Of a stretch of 64,000 bases of DNA, positions 35,070-44,573 are shown one piece after another. The stretch spans positions 10,418-74,417 of IMG/VR virus record IMGVR_UViG_2832142748_000002; one strand, given 5' to 3'. The notes beneath the pieces are model-generated. The model searched no databases. It was not told the DNA's origin and worked only from the letters and a program-made list of their open reading frames with translations. The translations under genes were made by a program, and so were the position numbers. Source of the DNA: a virus (taxonomy: Duplodnaviria; Caudoviricetes). The stretch's first letter is position 1. Each line of letters starts with the position of its first letter.

Positions 35070-35387
35070 CTACCTCAACTCGCGTCGTCGTAACAGCCTG
35101 CCCGCGTAGTCCCGCTTGGCGTAGCAGTTCGTTGCCCGGTGTCCTTTGTGGCCGCAGCGGAAGCACACGAAGCCTTTCGCACCGTGGATGCGGCCGTGGA
35201 CGCCTCGCGACACCGCAGTGAGGTTCTCCGGCCGGTTGTCCCCCTTGTCGCCGTTGATGTGGTGGACGACTTGCCCCTCTTGGAGAGGCCCCCCGAGCTT
35301 CTCCTCCATCGTGTAGACGTGGACGAACCGCATCCGTCCGTCACGGGCCCGGAACGTCTTGTAGCCGTTCTTCCATCCGAAGCTCAT
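35070..35387 (-). CDS. Small HNH endonuclease with C-terminal CCHC zinc knuckle
   Basis: VVHHINGDKGDNRPENL..VSRGVH; CFRCGHKGHRATNC = C-x2-C-x4-H-x4-C. Confidence 0.82.
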   Translation of the reverse strand: MSFGWKNGYKTFRARDGRMRFVHVYTMEEKLGGPLQEGQVVHHINGDKGDNRPENLTAVSRGVHGRIHGAKGFVCFRCGHKGHRATNCYAKRDYAGRLLRRRELR

Positions 35388-35519
35388 GCGGCCTCCTGGG
35401 TGCCCACGTGGCGGCAGTGCTACGTGGGGAACCCCAATAGCATACCACAAAAGACCACATTGGACCACCTGCACGAATGAATGAGCCCCGCATATGCGGA
35501 GTAGCCGCTGGGCGGCTGA

Positions 35520-36633
35520 GTTACTGACGACGCCAAGCTCAAGGCGAACGTGGAAGCGCGGCTGGTGCGCGTGGGCGACGCGCTGGTGGCGCTGGAGAAG
35601 GCCGCGCGGCTCGCGCCGGACGCGGCCGTGCTGCTGGACCTGGAGGACCTGAGCCTGCGCTGCGAGCGGCCCGAGCATGCCCGCAGTGCGCTGGAGTCGC
35701 TGCTGTCCACGCTGCCGCGCACCGCGGCGCCGGAGAAGCTGGCGGACGTGCGCGCGCGGCTGGGCCGGGCGTGTGAGCTCCTGGGCGACCGTGAGGGCGC
35801 CATTGCCGCGTACGCGCAGGCGTTCCCGCTGCGGCGGCTGGACGACGTGCGCGCCACTCGGCTGGAAGCCCTCTACACGGAGGCCGGCGAGATGCAGGCA
35901 CTGGCCGAGCTATGGGCCACGCGCGCGCAGGCGCTGGCGGGCGCGGACCGGTCGGAAGAAGCGGCGCCGCTGTTCTTCCAGAGCGCGCGCGCCCTGCTGG
36001 AGCGCGGGGAGAAGGCCGCCGCGCTGATGCGCCTGGCTTCCGCGCTGGAGGCGAGCCCCGAGGGACCGCTCGCCGCGGAAGTGCTGGAGGCCCTGGCCGA
36101 GCTGGAGCTGGAGCGCGGCGAGAAGCTGGAGGCGGCGCGGCTGTACGCGCGGCGGGCCACGCTGGTGCCAGAGGCCCGGGCGGGCGCGAAGCTGCTCTTC
36201 CGCGTCGCTGCTGGCCGCGGGCACCAGCCGCGAGGAGGCCTTCCTCGCCGAGGCGCTGGAGCGCGACGCGACGTTCGCGCCCGCGCGGATCCGCCGGGGC
36301 GAGCTGCGGCTGACCACGGATGCCCGCGCCGCGCTGGAGGACTTCGAGGCGGTGCTGGCCCTGCCGCCCGCGGACGTGGATGCCCCGCGTGAGGCGGAGC
36401 GCGTGGCCCTCACGCGCAAGGCCGCCACCGCCGCCGTGCGCGCGAACCGCACGGACGCGGCCCGGCGCCTGCTCGCGGAGTTCTGCGCGCGCACGCCGAA
36501 GGACTTGGACGCGCGGCTTGAGTTGGCCGCGCTGCACCGCAAGGCCGGCGCCAGCCGGGCCCGGGCGGACCTGCTGGCGGAGCTGTGGCCGCGCCTCGCC
36601 GGAGCCGCCCGCTGCCCGCCCTGCGAATCCTGA
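35520..36633 (+). pseudogene. Internal fragment of a large host-type TPR gene, frameshifted near 36201
   Basis: TPR-like helices (EGAIAAYAQA, EAARLYARRA); KLLFR continues as (A)SLLAAGTSREEAFL after a 2-bp loss; begins after an in-frame TGA at 35517. Confidence 0.75.
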
Positions 36634-36655
36634 GCGGGCGGCCGCGGCTCTACCT

Positions 36656-36793
36656 CTAGAAGAACGCCGCGAGCAGGCTGAGCACCGCAGGCAAGAGCAA
36701 CAACAGGTTGATGACCGCGTAGAGGAGAGAGAGCCACGCTGCGGTACGGCGGATGGACGACGTCTTGATTCGCTTGGTGATGTTCTTGTTCAT
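36656..36793 (-). CDS. 45-aa basic and hydrophobic membrane peptide
   Basis: MNKNITKRIKTSSIRRTAAWLSLLYAVINLLLLLPAVLSLLAAFF; below the ORF-track cutoff; AT-rich upstream region. Confidence 0.55.
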   Translation of the reverse strand: MNKNITKRIKTSSIRRTAAWLSLLYAVINLLLLLPAVLSLLAAFF

Positions 36794-36900
36794 ACCCACC
36801 ACGTAACGAATTGATCTAAAAATTTGACGGATGGTCCGTTCTCCCCATACCCCTGGTCGGCGCCTCGACCATGGACGGGGTACGCCCCTCCCCTCTTCTC

Positions 36901-39900
36901 CTACCGCCCCCGGACGAACGTGTACGTCATGCCTCCGGGGGCCATCTCCTCGCGCATCACCTTCCGGACTGCGTCCGCGAGGCGGCGGCCCAGACGCTCC
37001 GCCTCCGCGCGCCCGCCCTCCCCTGACGCGCTCACCTGGGAGGAGCCGTCCGAGTTGATGGTGATGGAGATGGTCTGGTTAACGTCCCCTCCCCCCAGCG
37101 CCTCGTTGGGGACGATGCGGCCGGAGCTGGAAGGGATGAAGAGCTCCGGCCCCAACTCGCCCACCAGGTGCGCCTGCTGCGCGCGGACGGACCCGCCGGC
37201 CGCGTGCGCGCCGCCCAGCATGAAGTTGTAGGTGCCGCTCATGTCCGCGCCGCCGACCATGGTGGAGCCGCTGCCGCCGGACGAGCCCATCCCGCTGATG
37301 GCGTCCATGCCCAGGTTGACGAGCGCCATGAAGGCCTTCTGCGCCGCGAGCCGCGCCAGGTCCTTCAGGATGCCATCCACGAGGGCGGAGAACTCCAGCC
37401 GGCCCGTGGTGACGAAATTCGCGAAGGCGTCCGCCATGTGCTGCGTGGCCGTGCCGACGATCTCCTTCGTGTAGGAGAAGCCACCGTGGAGCTGGTCCTG
37501 GAGGCGCTCCACTTCCTGCCGGTACTGCTCCGCGGTGATGCGCCCCTCGGCGAAGAGCTGCTTCACCATCTCCAGGCGCTTCTGCAGCTCCGCCGTCGGG
37601 TTGAGCTGCTTGGCGAGTTGGTCCATCTCCGTCTTCAGCGCCGCCTCGGCCTTGCCCTCCGGCGTCCACATCTCCCGGGCCTTCTTCATGGCCTTCGCGT
37701 ACTCCTCCGCCTTGATGCGCTGAGCCGCGAGCTCCTCGCCCAGCAGCTTCTGGGCCTGGGCGTACTTCACGGTGTCCTGATTGCCCAGCTCGCGATTGAG
37801 GCTCTGGAGCACCTGCTTGCGCTCCTCCTCCGCCTTCTTCACCCGCTCCGTCTCCTCCTTCTGCTTCCGGAGGGCCTCCAACTGGGCGATGGCCGCGTCC
37901 GCCCGCGCGATCATCTTCGGGTCTTTCAGCGAGCGGTATTCGTCGGAGAGCTCCTTCGCTTCGTCCTTCGTCTTGCCGAGGGTGCGCGCCTCCTCTTCCA
38001 GGTTCATCAGCCACTGCTCCTGGCGCTTGAGCAGCTTCTCCCGGGCCTTCTCCTCCTGCTCTGCCTCCTTGAGTGAGGCCTTCGTGTTGGCGGTGCTCTC
38101 CTTCGCGGCGGCCGCGCTCACCTTCGCGTCTTCCGCTCGTGCAGCCCGCACCCGCTGGAGGCTCTTCTCGATGTCGGCCGCGCGCTGCATTTGGATGCTG
38201 AGATCCTTCTCCAGGGGCGCTAGCTTCTTCTCAATGTCCTCGGCGTAGGCGGGGTCCGCACGAACCTTCGAGAATGGCACGTCACGACCTATGTTCTTCG
38301 ACAGCCTTTCATCGTTGTAGTGATTCAGCACGATCCAACGCTTCACGCCGTTGTTGGGATCGTTGATTTCCTTTTCGAGCCGGTCAATCTCAGCCAAGGC
38401 CGCCACCAGATCCTCCTGGGAGAGGCTTTCGTAAACCCTGACGACATCCTCCGCTGAGTCGCCAACGTTTTTCAGGGCATCCTGGTATCTCCCCCCCAGC
38501 GACGCCATTTCCGTGCGCGCGATAGCGGCGGCCTTCTGCGCCTTCTCGTAGTCCTTGAGGGCCTTCGTTTCGCGGATGAGGTTCTCCGCGATTTGACTGC
38601 CACGGGTGGCGTTGGCGCCGCTCTCTTGAGCGAACTGCCGCGTCTTCTCCTTCGCGTCCTCTGCGGCTTTGCCGTACTCGTGCCAGAGGGCGACCGCCGT
38701 GGTGAGGGCGCCGGTGATGATGCCGATGGGCCCACCCATGAACTCCAGCGCCGTCTTCCCCGCGCGCGCCGCCAGGGACGCGCCCTCGATGGCTGACGCC
38801 TCCCTCACCTTCGCCAGCGCCAGCTCCGTGGAAGCCAGCGTGGCACGCTTCGTCGCCGACATGAGGCTGCCCTCCACGGCCGCCGAAGCCTGGAGCGCCG
38901 CGAGCTTCTTCTCCAACATGGCCTGCGCCGAGCGGAGCGCGGCGATGCGGCTCTCGTCGGCGGCCCGGGCGTACTTCGCCTCGGCGAGCGCGGCGCTCGC
39001 AGCGGACTCGCGCGCCTGGGTGAGCGCGGTGGACTTCGCAACCAGCCCCTTCACCCACTCCTGGGCCCACGTGGCCCCGCGCATGGCCGCCACCACCACC
39101 AGCGCCTCACCGAAGAGCTTCACGGCGTAGGTGGCCGTCTCGAAGTTCTCCGTCAGCGCCCGGACTCCCGGCTCCGTCGCGGAGAGGATGTCGCCGCCCA
39201 CCTCGCCCTGGAGCTCCGAGAAGCGCGCGCGGAGCTGGTCCAAGGCGAATTGGGGCGTGCTCGCCATCTTGTTGAAGGCGGCCTCCGTGCGTCCGGCGGA
39301 GTCCTGCATGTGCTTCAGGGAGGCGGCGAAGTCCGCGGAGGCGGTGCCGGTGAGCGTCATCACCGGAAGCAGGGCTTCCACGCCCCCGAAGAGCATGGCC
39401 ATCTCCTCGGTACTGCCACGCGTCTTCTCTTTCACGTCCTGGAGGAAGCCGGCGAGCCCTTTGGCCTTCAGCGCGGTGACGGAGAACTCCAGGCCGAGCG
39501 CGTCCGCGAGCTTCGCTGCTTCGTGGGACGGCTTCGCGGTGGCGGCGATGATGGCGCGCAGGCCTTCCATGGCCGTGGACGTCTGGATGTTGTTCTTCGT
39601 GAGGGCACCCGTGGCCGCGAGCAGTTCCGCGAGGCTGACGCCCGTCTGGGAGGCGATGGGGGCCACCCGGCCGATGAAGCGTGAGAGGTCCTCGATGCTC
39701 GTCTTCCCATCCGCGGCGCTCACGAACATCATGTCCGCCGCCTGGGTGACGTTGCGCAGCTGGCTGCCGTAGCTGGCCATGACGCCCGTCAGGCCGTCCG
39801 CAGCCGTCCTCACGTCCGTCACGCCGCCAATGGCCAGCTTGTTGGAGACGGTGAGCAACTCCGTGGCCTTCGCCGCGTCGCTCGCGCCCGCGCTGAGGAT

Positions 39901-40644
39901 TTCGTAGAGGGCCCCGGCCTGGTCCGTGGGTGTCCGGCCGAACTGGTTGCCCAGCTCCTTCACCTTCGCGGTGAGGGAGTCCATCATCCCCAGCTGGTCC
40001 TGCTCCAGCACCGTGGAAACCTGGGCCATCGCCGTCGAGAACCGCAGCGCCTCTTCCGTGGCGCTCTTGATGGCGGCTCCCGCCGCCGCGACGCCGAGGA
40101 ACTGGCCCGCCAGGCTCTTCATCCCGTCCGCGAACTTGCTCACCGGAGGCTCGGCCTTTGCGGCCTCCTCCTTCACCTTGCGGAGAGCGTCCGCCGCCCC
40201 CTCTTTCTGCTTCCCCATCTCGTCGAAGCGCTTGTTGAGGGACTCCACATGCCCCAGGAAGCGCGACAGCGCGGACGTGTCCGCGAGCGTCGCCTGGAGC
40301 TTTCCGGCCGCGCCACCGAGGGACATGAGCTGGGCCTCCAGCGCCCCCGTCGCCGTCGCCGTCGCCGTGAAGGCTGTCTGGATCTTCGCCGCGGACTGCT
40401 CCAGCACCGAAAGGTGCGAGGTGGCGGCCCGGATGTCGGCCAGCGCCTTCGACGTGCCGTCCAGGCTCCGCGTCGCGCGGGCGAAGGCCTTCGTGAGGGC
40501 CTCGGTGGCGTTCTCCAGGCCCGATGTCCTCCGCTCCGTCTTCTCGGCAGCCTCCTCCAGCCCACCCAGCGACGTGACGGCCTCTTTCGCGTCGGAGGTG
40601 TCGATGCGGATGCTCAGCTCAGCCAGGTCAAAGCCACCGGACAT
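36901..40644 (-). CDS. Tape measure protein (TP901-type core, lambda-like C-terminus)
   Basis: 1247 aa, Ala-rich; FGRTPTDQAGALYEILSAG, GKTSIEDL, GGAHAAGG...VGELGPELF. Confidence 0.96.
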   Translation of the reverse strand: MSGGFDLAELSIRIDTSDAKEAVTSLGGLEEAAEKTERRTSGLENATEALTKAFARATRSLDGTSKALADIRAATSHLSVLEQSAAKIQTAFTATATATGALEAQLMSLGGAAGKLQATLADTSALSRFLGHVESLNKRFDEMGKQKEGAADALRKVKEEAAKAEPPVSKFADGMKSLAGQFLGVAAAGAAIKSATEEALRFSTAMAQVSTVLEQDQLGMMDSLTAKVKELGNQFGRTPTDQAGALYEILSAGASDAAKATELLTVSNKLAIGGVTDVRTAADGLTGVMASYGSQLRNVTQAADMMFVSAADGKTSIEDLSRFIGRVAPIASQTGVSLAELLAATGALTKNNIQTSTAMEGLRAIIAATAKPSHEAAKLADALGLEFSVTALKAKGLAGFLQDVKEKTRGSTEEMAMLFGGVEALLPVMTLTGTASADFAASLKHMQDSAGRTEAAFNKMASTPQFALDQLRARFSELQGEVGGDILSATEPGVRALTENFETATYAVKLFGEALVVVAAMRGATWAQEWVKGLVAKSTALTQARESAASAALAEAKYARAADESRIAALRSAQAMLEKKLAALQASAAVEGSLMSATKRATLASTELALAKVREASAIEGASLAARAGKTALEFMGGPIGIITGALTTAVALWHEYGKAAEDAKEKTRQFAQESGANATRGSQIAENLIRETKALKDYEKAQKAAAIARTEMASLGGRYQDALKNVGDSAEDVVRVYESLSQEDLVAALAEIDRLEKEINDPNNGVKRWIVLNHYNDERLSKNIGRDVPFSKVRADPAYAEDIEKKLAPLEKDLSIQMQRAADIEKSLQRVRAARAEDAKVSAAAAKESTANTKASLKEAEQEEKAREKLLKRQEQWLMNLEEEARTLGKTKDEAKELSDEYRSLKDPKMIARADAAIAQLEALRKQKEETERVKKAEEERKQVLQSLNRELGNQDTVKYAQAQKLLGEELAAQRIKAEEYAKAMKKAREMWTPEGKAEAALKTEMDQLAKQLNPTAELQKRLEMVKQLFAEGRITAEQYRQEVERLQDQLHGGFSYTKEIVGTATQHMADAFANFVTTGRLEFSALVDGILKDLARLAAQKAFMALVNLGMDAISGMGSSGGSGSTMVGGADMSGTYNFMLGGAHAAGGSVRAQQAHLVGELGPELFIPSSSGRIVPNEALGGGDVNQTISITINSDGSSQVSASGEGGRAEAERLGRRLADAVRKVMREEMAPGGMTYTFVRGR

Positions 40645-40742
40645 GCTCCAGCCCTTTCACGCAAACCCACGATCCTCAACGCCCGCCACAACTGAACACA
40701 CGTCAAGTGGAACTACTCACACAAACATGGTGGCATCGGGGC

Positions 40743-41729
40743 ATGAGATCGCTAGTCATTTTCATTTTTATTGCTACATCGTCAGCAGCAACAGCAGCAG
40801 ACAACCCCACATCTTCGGGCGAGGCGACTCAAAAACAGCTTTCAGAATCAATCAGCGGGCTTGAATCAATCTCAATGCTCTCCGCCTACGCATTCGCCAC
40901 AATCCCGCATTCTATAGAGCAAGCCGGACTGAGCGAGCCAAGTCTACAAGCGCTTACCAGAGCGCAGCTTCAGGCCGCTGGACTCACAATCGGAACTACC
41001 GCCGAGGACAATGGCCCTAACCTAATAGTATCCCTCAAGATCCTTGCTACGGGGACTGGGAAGTCCAGCCAGCACGTAGTTGAAATCCAAATGCGACTAC
41101 ACCAAGAGGCACTTCTAGCGTCAGACCAGCGAAGAACGCGACCCATTACTTGGTTCTACAGCAAGCTCAGCCTACACCCCAGCAACGCAAAGCAGACAGC
41201 AAGCGCGGCTCTTGACGAGCTTACGAACGGAATAGATAAGTTCATCGCCGACACTGCGGCAGCAAAAGCCAGGCTTGTGCGACTCAAGGCAATTAGCCTA
41301 GCCAACTCATCTACAGCGCTCATCAAGGAGACTGACGACAAAGAGTCCGCCACAACAAGACACTACGGCGCCGCCCCAGAAACGACCGAGACGAAGAGGC
41401 AACGTCGTATTGCTTTCTACAACTCACCCAGTACCCCGAGAAGCGACCCGGACTTCTACACGACAACCTCGGGAGCAGACGCCACGACGTTCGTTCGAAT
41501 GTTCCGCCTCAAGGAACTGAATCCTTCAAAACGGAAAGAGTTCCTCGAATCCGACGCTGAGTTGTTCGGATGTGTCGCGCAGACGTTCTTGGAAATGGGT
41601 TTCAGTCGCCTTTCCGTCCAGGAGATGGACACCCACGAAGAAGTCGTAAAGGAAATGGCATCGCTAAAATCCTCGGTCAAATGCGAGAGCGCCCAAGCGG
41701 GCGACAAGCGGACCTCCGCCCAGGACTGA
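40743..41729 (+). CDS. Secreted protein, AT-richer moron
   Basis: Signal peptide MRSLVIFIFIATSSAATAA; antisense to the tail operon. Confidence 0.75.
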   Translation: MRSLVIFIFIATSSAATAADNPTSSGEATQKQLSESISGLESISMLSAYAFATIPHSIEQAGLSEPSLQALTRAQLQAAGLTIGTTAEDNGPNLIVSLKILATGTGKSSQHVVEIQMRLHQEALLASDQRRTRPITWFYSKLSLHPSNAKQTASAALDELTNGIDKFIADTAAAKARLVRLKAISLANSSTALIKETDDKESATTRHYGAAPETTETKRQRRIAFYNSPSTPRSDPDFYTTTSGADATTFVRMFRLKELNPSKRKEFLESDAELFGCVAQTFLEMGFSRLSVQEMDTHEEVVKEMASLKSSVKCESAQAGDKRTSAQD

Positions 41730-41757
41730 TCGCCTGCCATTACCAATCCATCTCTCC

Positions 41758-42117
41758 TCACTTCTTCGAGACTTCGACCAGGAACGCTTCGTCTAACCGG
41801 CGGAGGAGCTGCACCTCGAAGGGCGTGGGGCGGCTGCCGGAGAGGCGGCCCCAGGACTCCATGTCCTGGAAGGAGATGGGGTTGAGGGTGAAGGCGCCGG
41901 CACCGCGGGCGTTGGACAGCTCGGCGAACCACCCCCAGACGTGGGCGAGGGCCTCGGGCAGAGGGGGCGCCTCCAATAACTCCGGCGGCGGCTTCCCGGT
42001 GGCGCGCTCCACCTGCTCCAGGTGGGCACGGACGGAGACGCCCTCCGCGTCGGTGCGGCTCAGGCGGAATTCGTGACGGGCGAAGTCGAGGAGTCGCTCG
42101 GCTTCTCCTCGAAAAAA
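41758..42117 (-). CDS. Tail assembly chaperone gpT-like frame (reached by -1 frameshift)
   Basis: Slippery T TTT TTC at 42111-42117; -1 frame ...EFFRGEAERLL...HVWGWFAELSNAR...EVQLLRRLD. Confidence 0.85.
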   Translation of the reverse strand, partial: FFRGEAERLLDFARHEFRLSRTDAEGVSVRAHLEQVERATGKPPPELLEAPPLPEALAHVWGWFAELSNARGAGAFTLNPISFQDMESWGRLSGSRPTPFEVQLLRRLDEAFLVEVSKK

Positions 42118-42515
42118 CTCGCGCGGTCCCCCACCGCCTCGTCCACCTGGCGGCGCAGCCACGGGTGCGCGGTGAAGAGGCGCCGGGCATTGTCGGGCGT
42201 GAGGGGCACCGCCGCGCCGTGCTCCATGACACCCGTCCAGGAGACGGTGCAGGACACCAGCAGCTCCAGCGCGTCGGCCTCCATGTCCCGCGGCACCTCC
42301 TGCCGGGCGCGGCGGCCGGCACGCGGCGCGCTGGCGGTGGCCCTGTCGATGAGGGAGCGCGTGGCGTCGCGGTAGCGCGGCGAGTCCATGCCAGCCACCT
42401 CCACCTGCATGCCCGTGGGCTGGCCGGTGACGGGGTGGAGGATGTCCACGGTGAGGGTGTCGTGGTGGATGAGGCTGGAAAGGTCGAAGCCGGAGGCGGC
42501 GGGGGCGGTGCTCAT
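42060..42515 (-). CDS. Tail assembly chaperone gpG-like
   Basis: Between tail tube and tape measure; HPVTGQPTG, LLVSCTVSW, HPWLRRQV..AVGDRASFF. Confidence 0.9.
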   Translation of the reverse strand: MSTAPAASGFDLSSLIHHDTLTVDILHPVTGQPTGMQVEVAGMDSPRYRDATRSLIDRATASAPRAGRRARQEVPRDMEADALELLVSCTVSWTGVMEHGAAVPLTPDNARRLFTAHPWLRRQVDEAVGDRASFFEEKPSDSSTSPVTNSA

Positions 42516-42558
42516 GGGGTGCTCCTGGTGAGGGGGGACGGGCTGCGCAGGCCGCGGG

Positions 42559-43707
42559 CTACGCGTTGCTGCGCTGGTAGAGGATGGAGGCGCCGGACGT
42601 GGAGTCCAGCAGCGCCGTGAAGGGCATGGACACCTGGACGGGCCCCTCCTTCGGGTTGTCGAGTTCGCCGCCCGTGTACTTGAGGCGGGGAATCCGGAGG
42701 GTGTGGAAGTCCGTCCCGTTGACGTCCTGCAGCACCACCTCCAGCGAGGACTCGGACTCGTCGAGGAACTTCGCCAGCAGCTCCTGCCCCATGAAGTAGG
42801 CCGAGAGGGTGCCGGACACGCCGAAGCCGCCCTCGTGGATCTCCGTGGCGGAGCGCTGGCCGATGACGCCCTTCGTGGAGCGCCCGTTGGTGATGTCCAG
42901 GTCCAGGGACGTGACGTTGGCCACCAGCTGCCCGCCCTCGCGCAGGCTGCCGGTGAAGGCGTCGAAGGGGCTGTTGGTGCCCGGGGGCGTGACGGTGGCC
43001 GCGTGCGACGCCGTGGCCATCTGCATGTCCTTGCCCAGCAGGGCGAAGGTGCCGGTGATGATCTCCTCCGGCTTGATGGAGAGCTTCAGGCTGTCCACCG
43101 CGCAGCCGCGGTAGAGGGCGTACTGGTTGATGTCCGTGAAGGCGCGCTCGAAGGAGAACGTCTTCAGGACGGTGCCGGACTTCAGCCGGCGGCCCACCAG
43201 CGCCACGGTGCGCCCGGCGGCGGCCACGTCGTCCTCCAGCTCCCGGTCCACCGTGAGGGCCAGGGCGGTGACGGCCTCGACGCGCGCGCGGCCGTTGTTG
43301 CCCGCTTCCGCGAAGCCGGACACCAGCACCTGGTCCCCGGGCAGGAAGCCTTCGGCGAGGAAGCTGCCGGCGGTGCGCACCAGGGTGCCCGTGGCCGCGT
43401 CCGCGGCGAGGGAGACGCTGCCGGTGGTGGCCGTGGCCCAGGTGCCGCTGAGGGCGGCCTCCAGCAGGTCGTCGAAGGTGCCGAGGGAGAGCTCGACGCC
43501 GATGTCCCCGCCGACGCTCACCATGCCGTGGCGCAAGTCGGAGAGGTGCCGGTCGGCCCGAATCTCGTTGGACTGGTAGTTGGCCTTCGAGAGGTTGAGG
43601 CCCGTGCTGGTGAAGCGCAGGGCCTTGTAGGTGGTGCTGGCCGCGACGCCGAAGGAGGCCTCGGAGGTGAAGCGCAGCGCAGTGCGCTGGCCGGAAGCGG
43701 AAGGCAT
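42559..43707 (-). CDS. Major tail tube protein
   Basis: SNEIRADR, GGDIGVELS, FSFER.FTDI, SGTLSAYF; expected position. Confidence 0.9.
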   Translation of the reverse strand: MPSASGQRTALRFTSEASFGVAASTTYKALRFTSTGLNLSKANYQSNEIRADRHLSDLRHGMVSVGGDIGVELSLGTFDDLLEAALSGTWATATTGSVSLAADAATGTLVRTAGSFLAEGFLPGDQVLVSGFAEAGNNGRARVEAVTALALTVDRELEDDVAAAGRTVALVGRRLKSGTVLKTFSFERAFTDINQYALYRGCAVDSLKLSIKPEEIITGTFALLGKDMQMATASHAATVTPPGTNSPFDAFTGSLREGGQLVANVTSLDLDITNGRSTKGVIGQRSATEIHEGGFGVSGTLSAYFMGQELLAKFLDESESSLEVVLQDVNGTDFHTLRIPRLKYTGGELDNPKEGPVQVSMPFTALLDSTSGASILYQRSNA

Positions 43708-43737
43708 GGGTTTCTCCTGTCGCGCGAGGCGACGGTG

Positions 43738-44157
43738 CTACGCGTGGACGAGCCAGAAGACGGAAACGGGACGCATCCACCAGGGCTCCTCGCGGAGGCC
43801 CGGCCCGGCGGAGGCGGACTGGATGCGGACGACGGTGGCGCCTACCTGCAGTGAGGTGCCGCGCGCGAAGCCGTCGCACACGGCCTGCGCGGCGGCGTTG
43901 GCGGGCCCTGCGCCCTCACCCAGGGGATAGAAGAGGGACACCTGGAAGACGCCAGGGTGGCGCGTCTGCGCATCCTGGCCCAGGCCAGCGGCGCCGGTGC
44001 GTGCGGGCAGGTGGTCCACCCGCGCCCAGGGCATGCCCTCCTTCGGTGAGAAGAGGACGTTGGGGAAGGCGATGTTGTCCACCCCCACCACGGACGCCAG
44101 CACGTCCGCGGCCCGCGCCTCCAGCGCCCGGGGGATGTCCAGGAGGACGGTGCTCAC
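43738..44157 (-). CDS. Tail terminator-like protein
   Basis: IAFPNVLFSP...GVFQVSLFYPLGEG; position in the neck cluster. Confidence 0.8.
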   Translation of the reverse strand: MSTVLLDIPRALEARAADVLASVVGVDNIAFPNVLFSPKEGMPWARVDHLPARTGAAGLGQDAQTRHPGVFQVSLFYPLGEGAGPANAAAQAVCDGFARGTSLQVGATVVRIQSASAGPGLREEPWWMRPVSVFWLVHA

Positions 44158-44573
44158 TTCGCCGCCTCCTCGAGGATTTCATCCAGCTGGGCGAGGGTGG
44201 TGCGCACGACGCCCTTCGGGGCCTGCTGACTCCAGCCGAACTCAATCCGGCGGGCGTAGGGCAGGTTGTTGGTGATGAAGACGGTGTCGCCCAGCTCCAC
44301 CCCCTCCAGCTTCGCGCCCTCGCGGGAGATGGTGCCGCTGCCGTCCTTGTCCTCCGCCTCCACGGTGCCAGCGGGCCGCTCAGCAATGCCCACCTGCCAG
44401 TTGCCGCGGAAGCGTCCGGTGTCCACCGGGGAGGCGGTGACGACGTTGGCCAGGACGCCCAGCGCCGTCTTGCGCACCACCTCGTTGGCCTTCGCCTGGG
44501 TGGCTTTCACGGAGGCCTGCACCTGCTTGGAGAAGCGGGCCCCCTTGCGGATGCGCGAGTCCACCTTCGTCAT
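44154..44573 (-). CDS. HK97-gp10-like neck protein
   Basis: SPVDTGRFRGNW and NNLPYARRIEFGWSQQAPKG motifs. Confidence 0.88.
   Translation of the reverse strand: MTKVDSRIRKGARFSKQVQASVKATQAKANEVVRKTALGVLANVVTASPVDTGRFRGNWQVGIAERPAGTVEAEDKDGSGTISREGAKLEGVELGDTVFITNNLPYARRIEFGWSQQAPKGVVRTTLAQLDEILEEAAK

Noticed and set aside
31121-36620. Invertible segment bounded by the overlapping TPR-fragment ends
   Set aside because: The inverted homology is only about 70% over 42 bp with synonymous-type differences, no invertase is present, and inversion would reverse the essential gpM/gpL genes.
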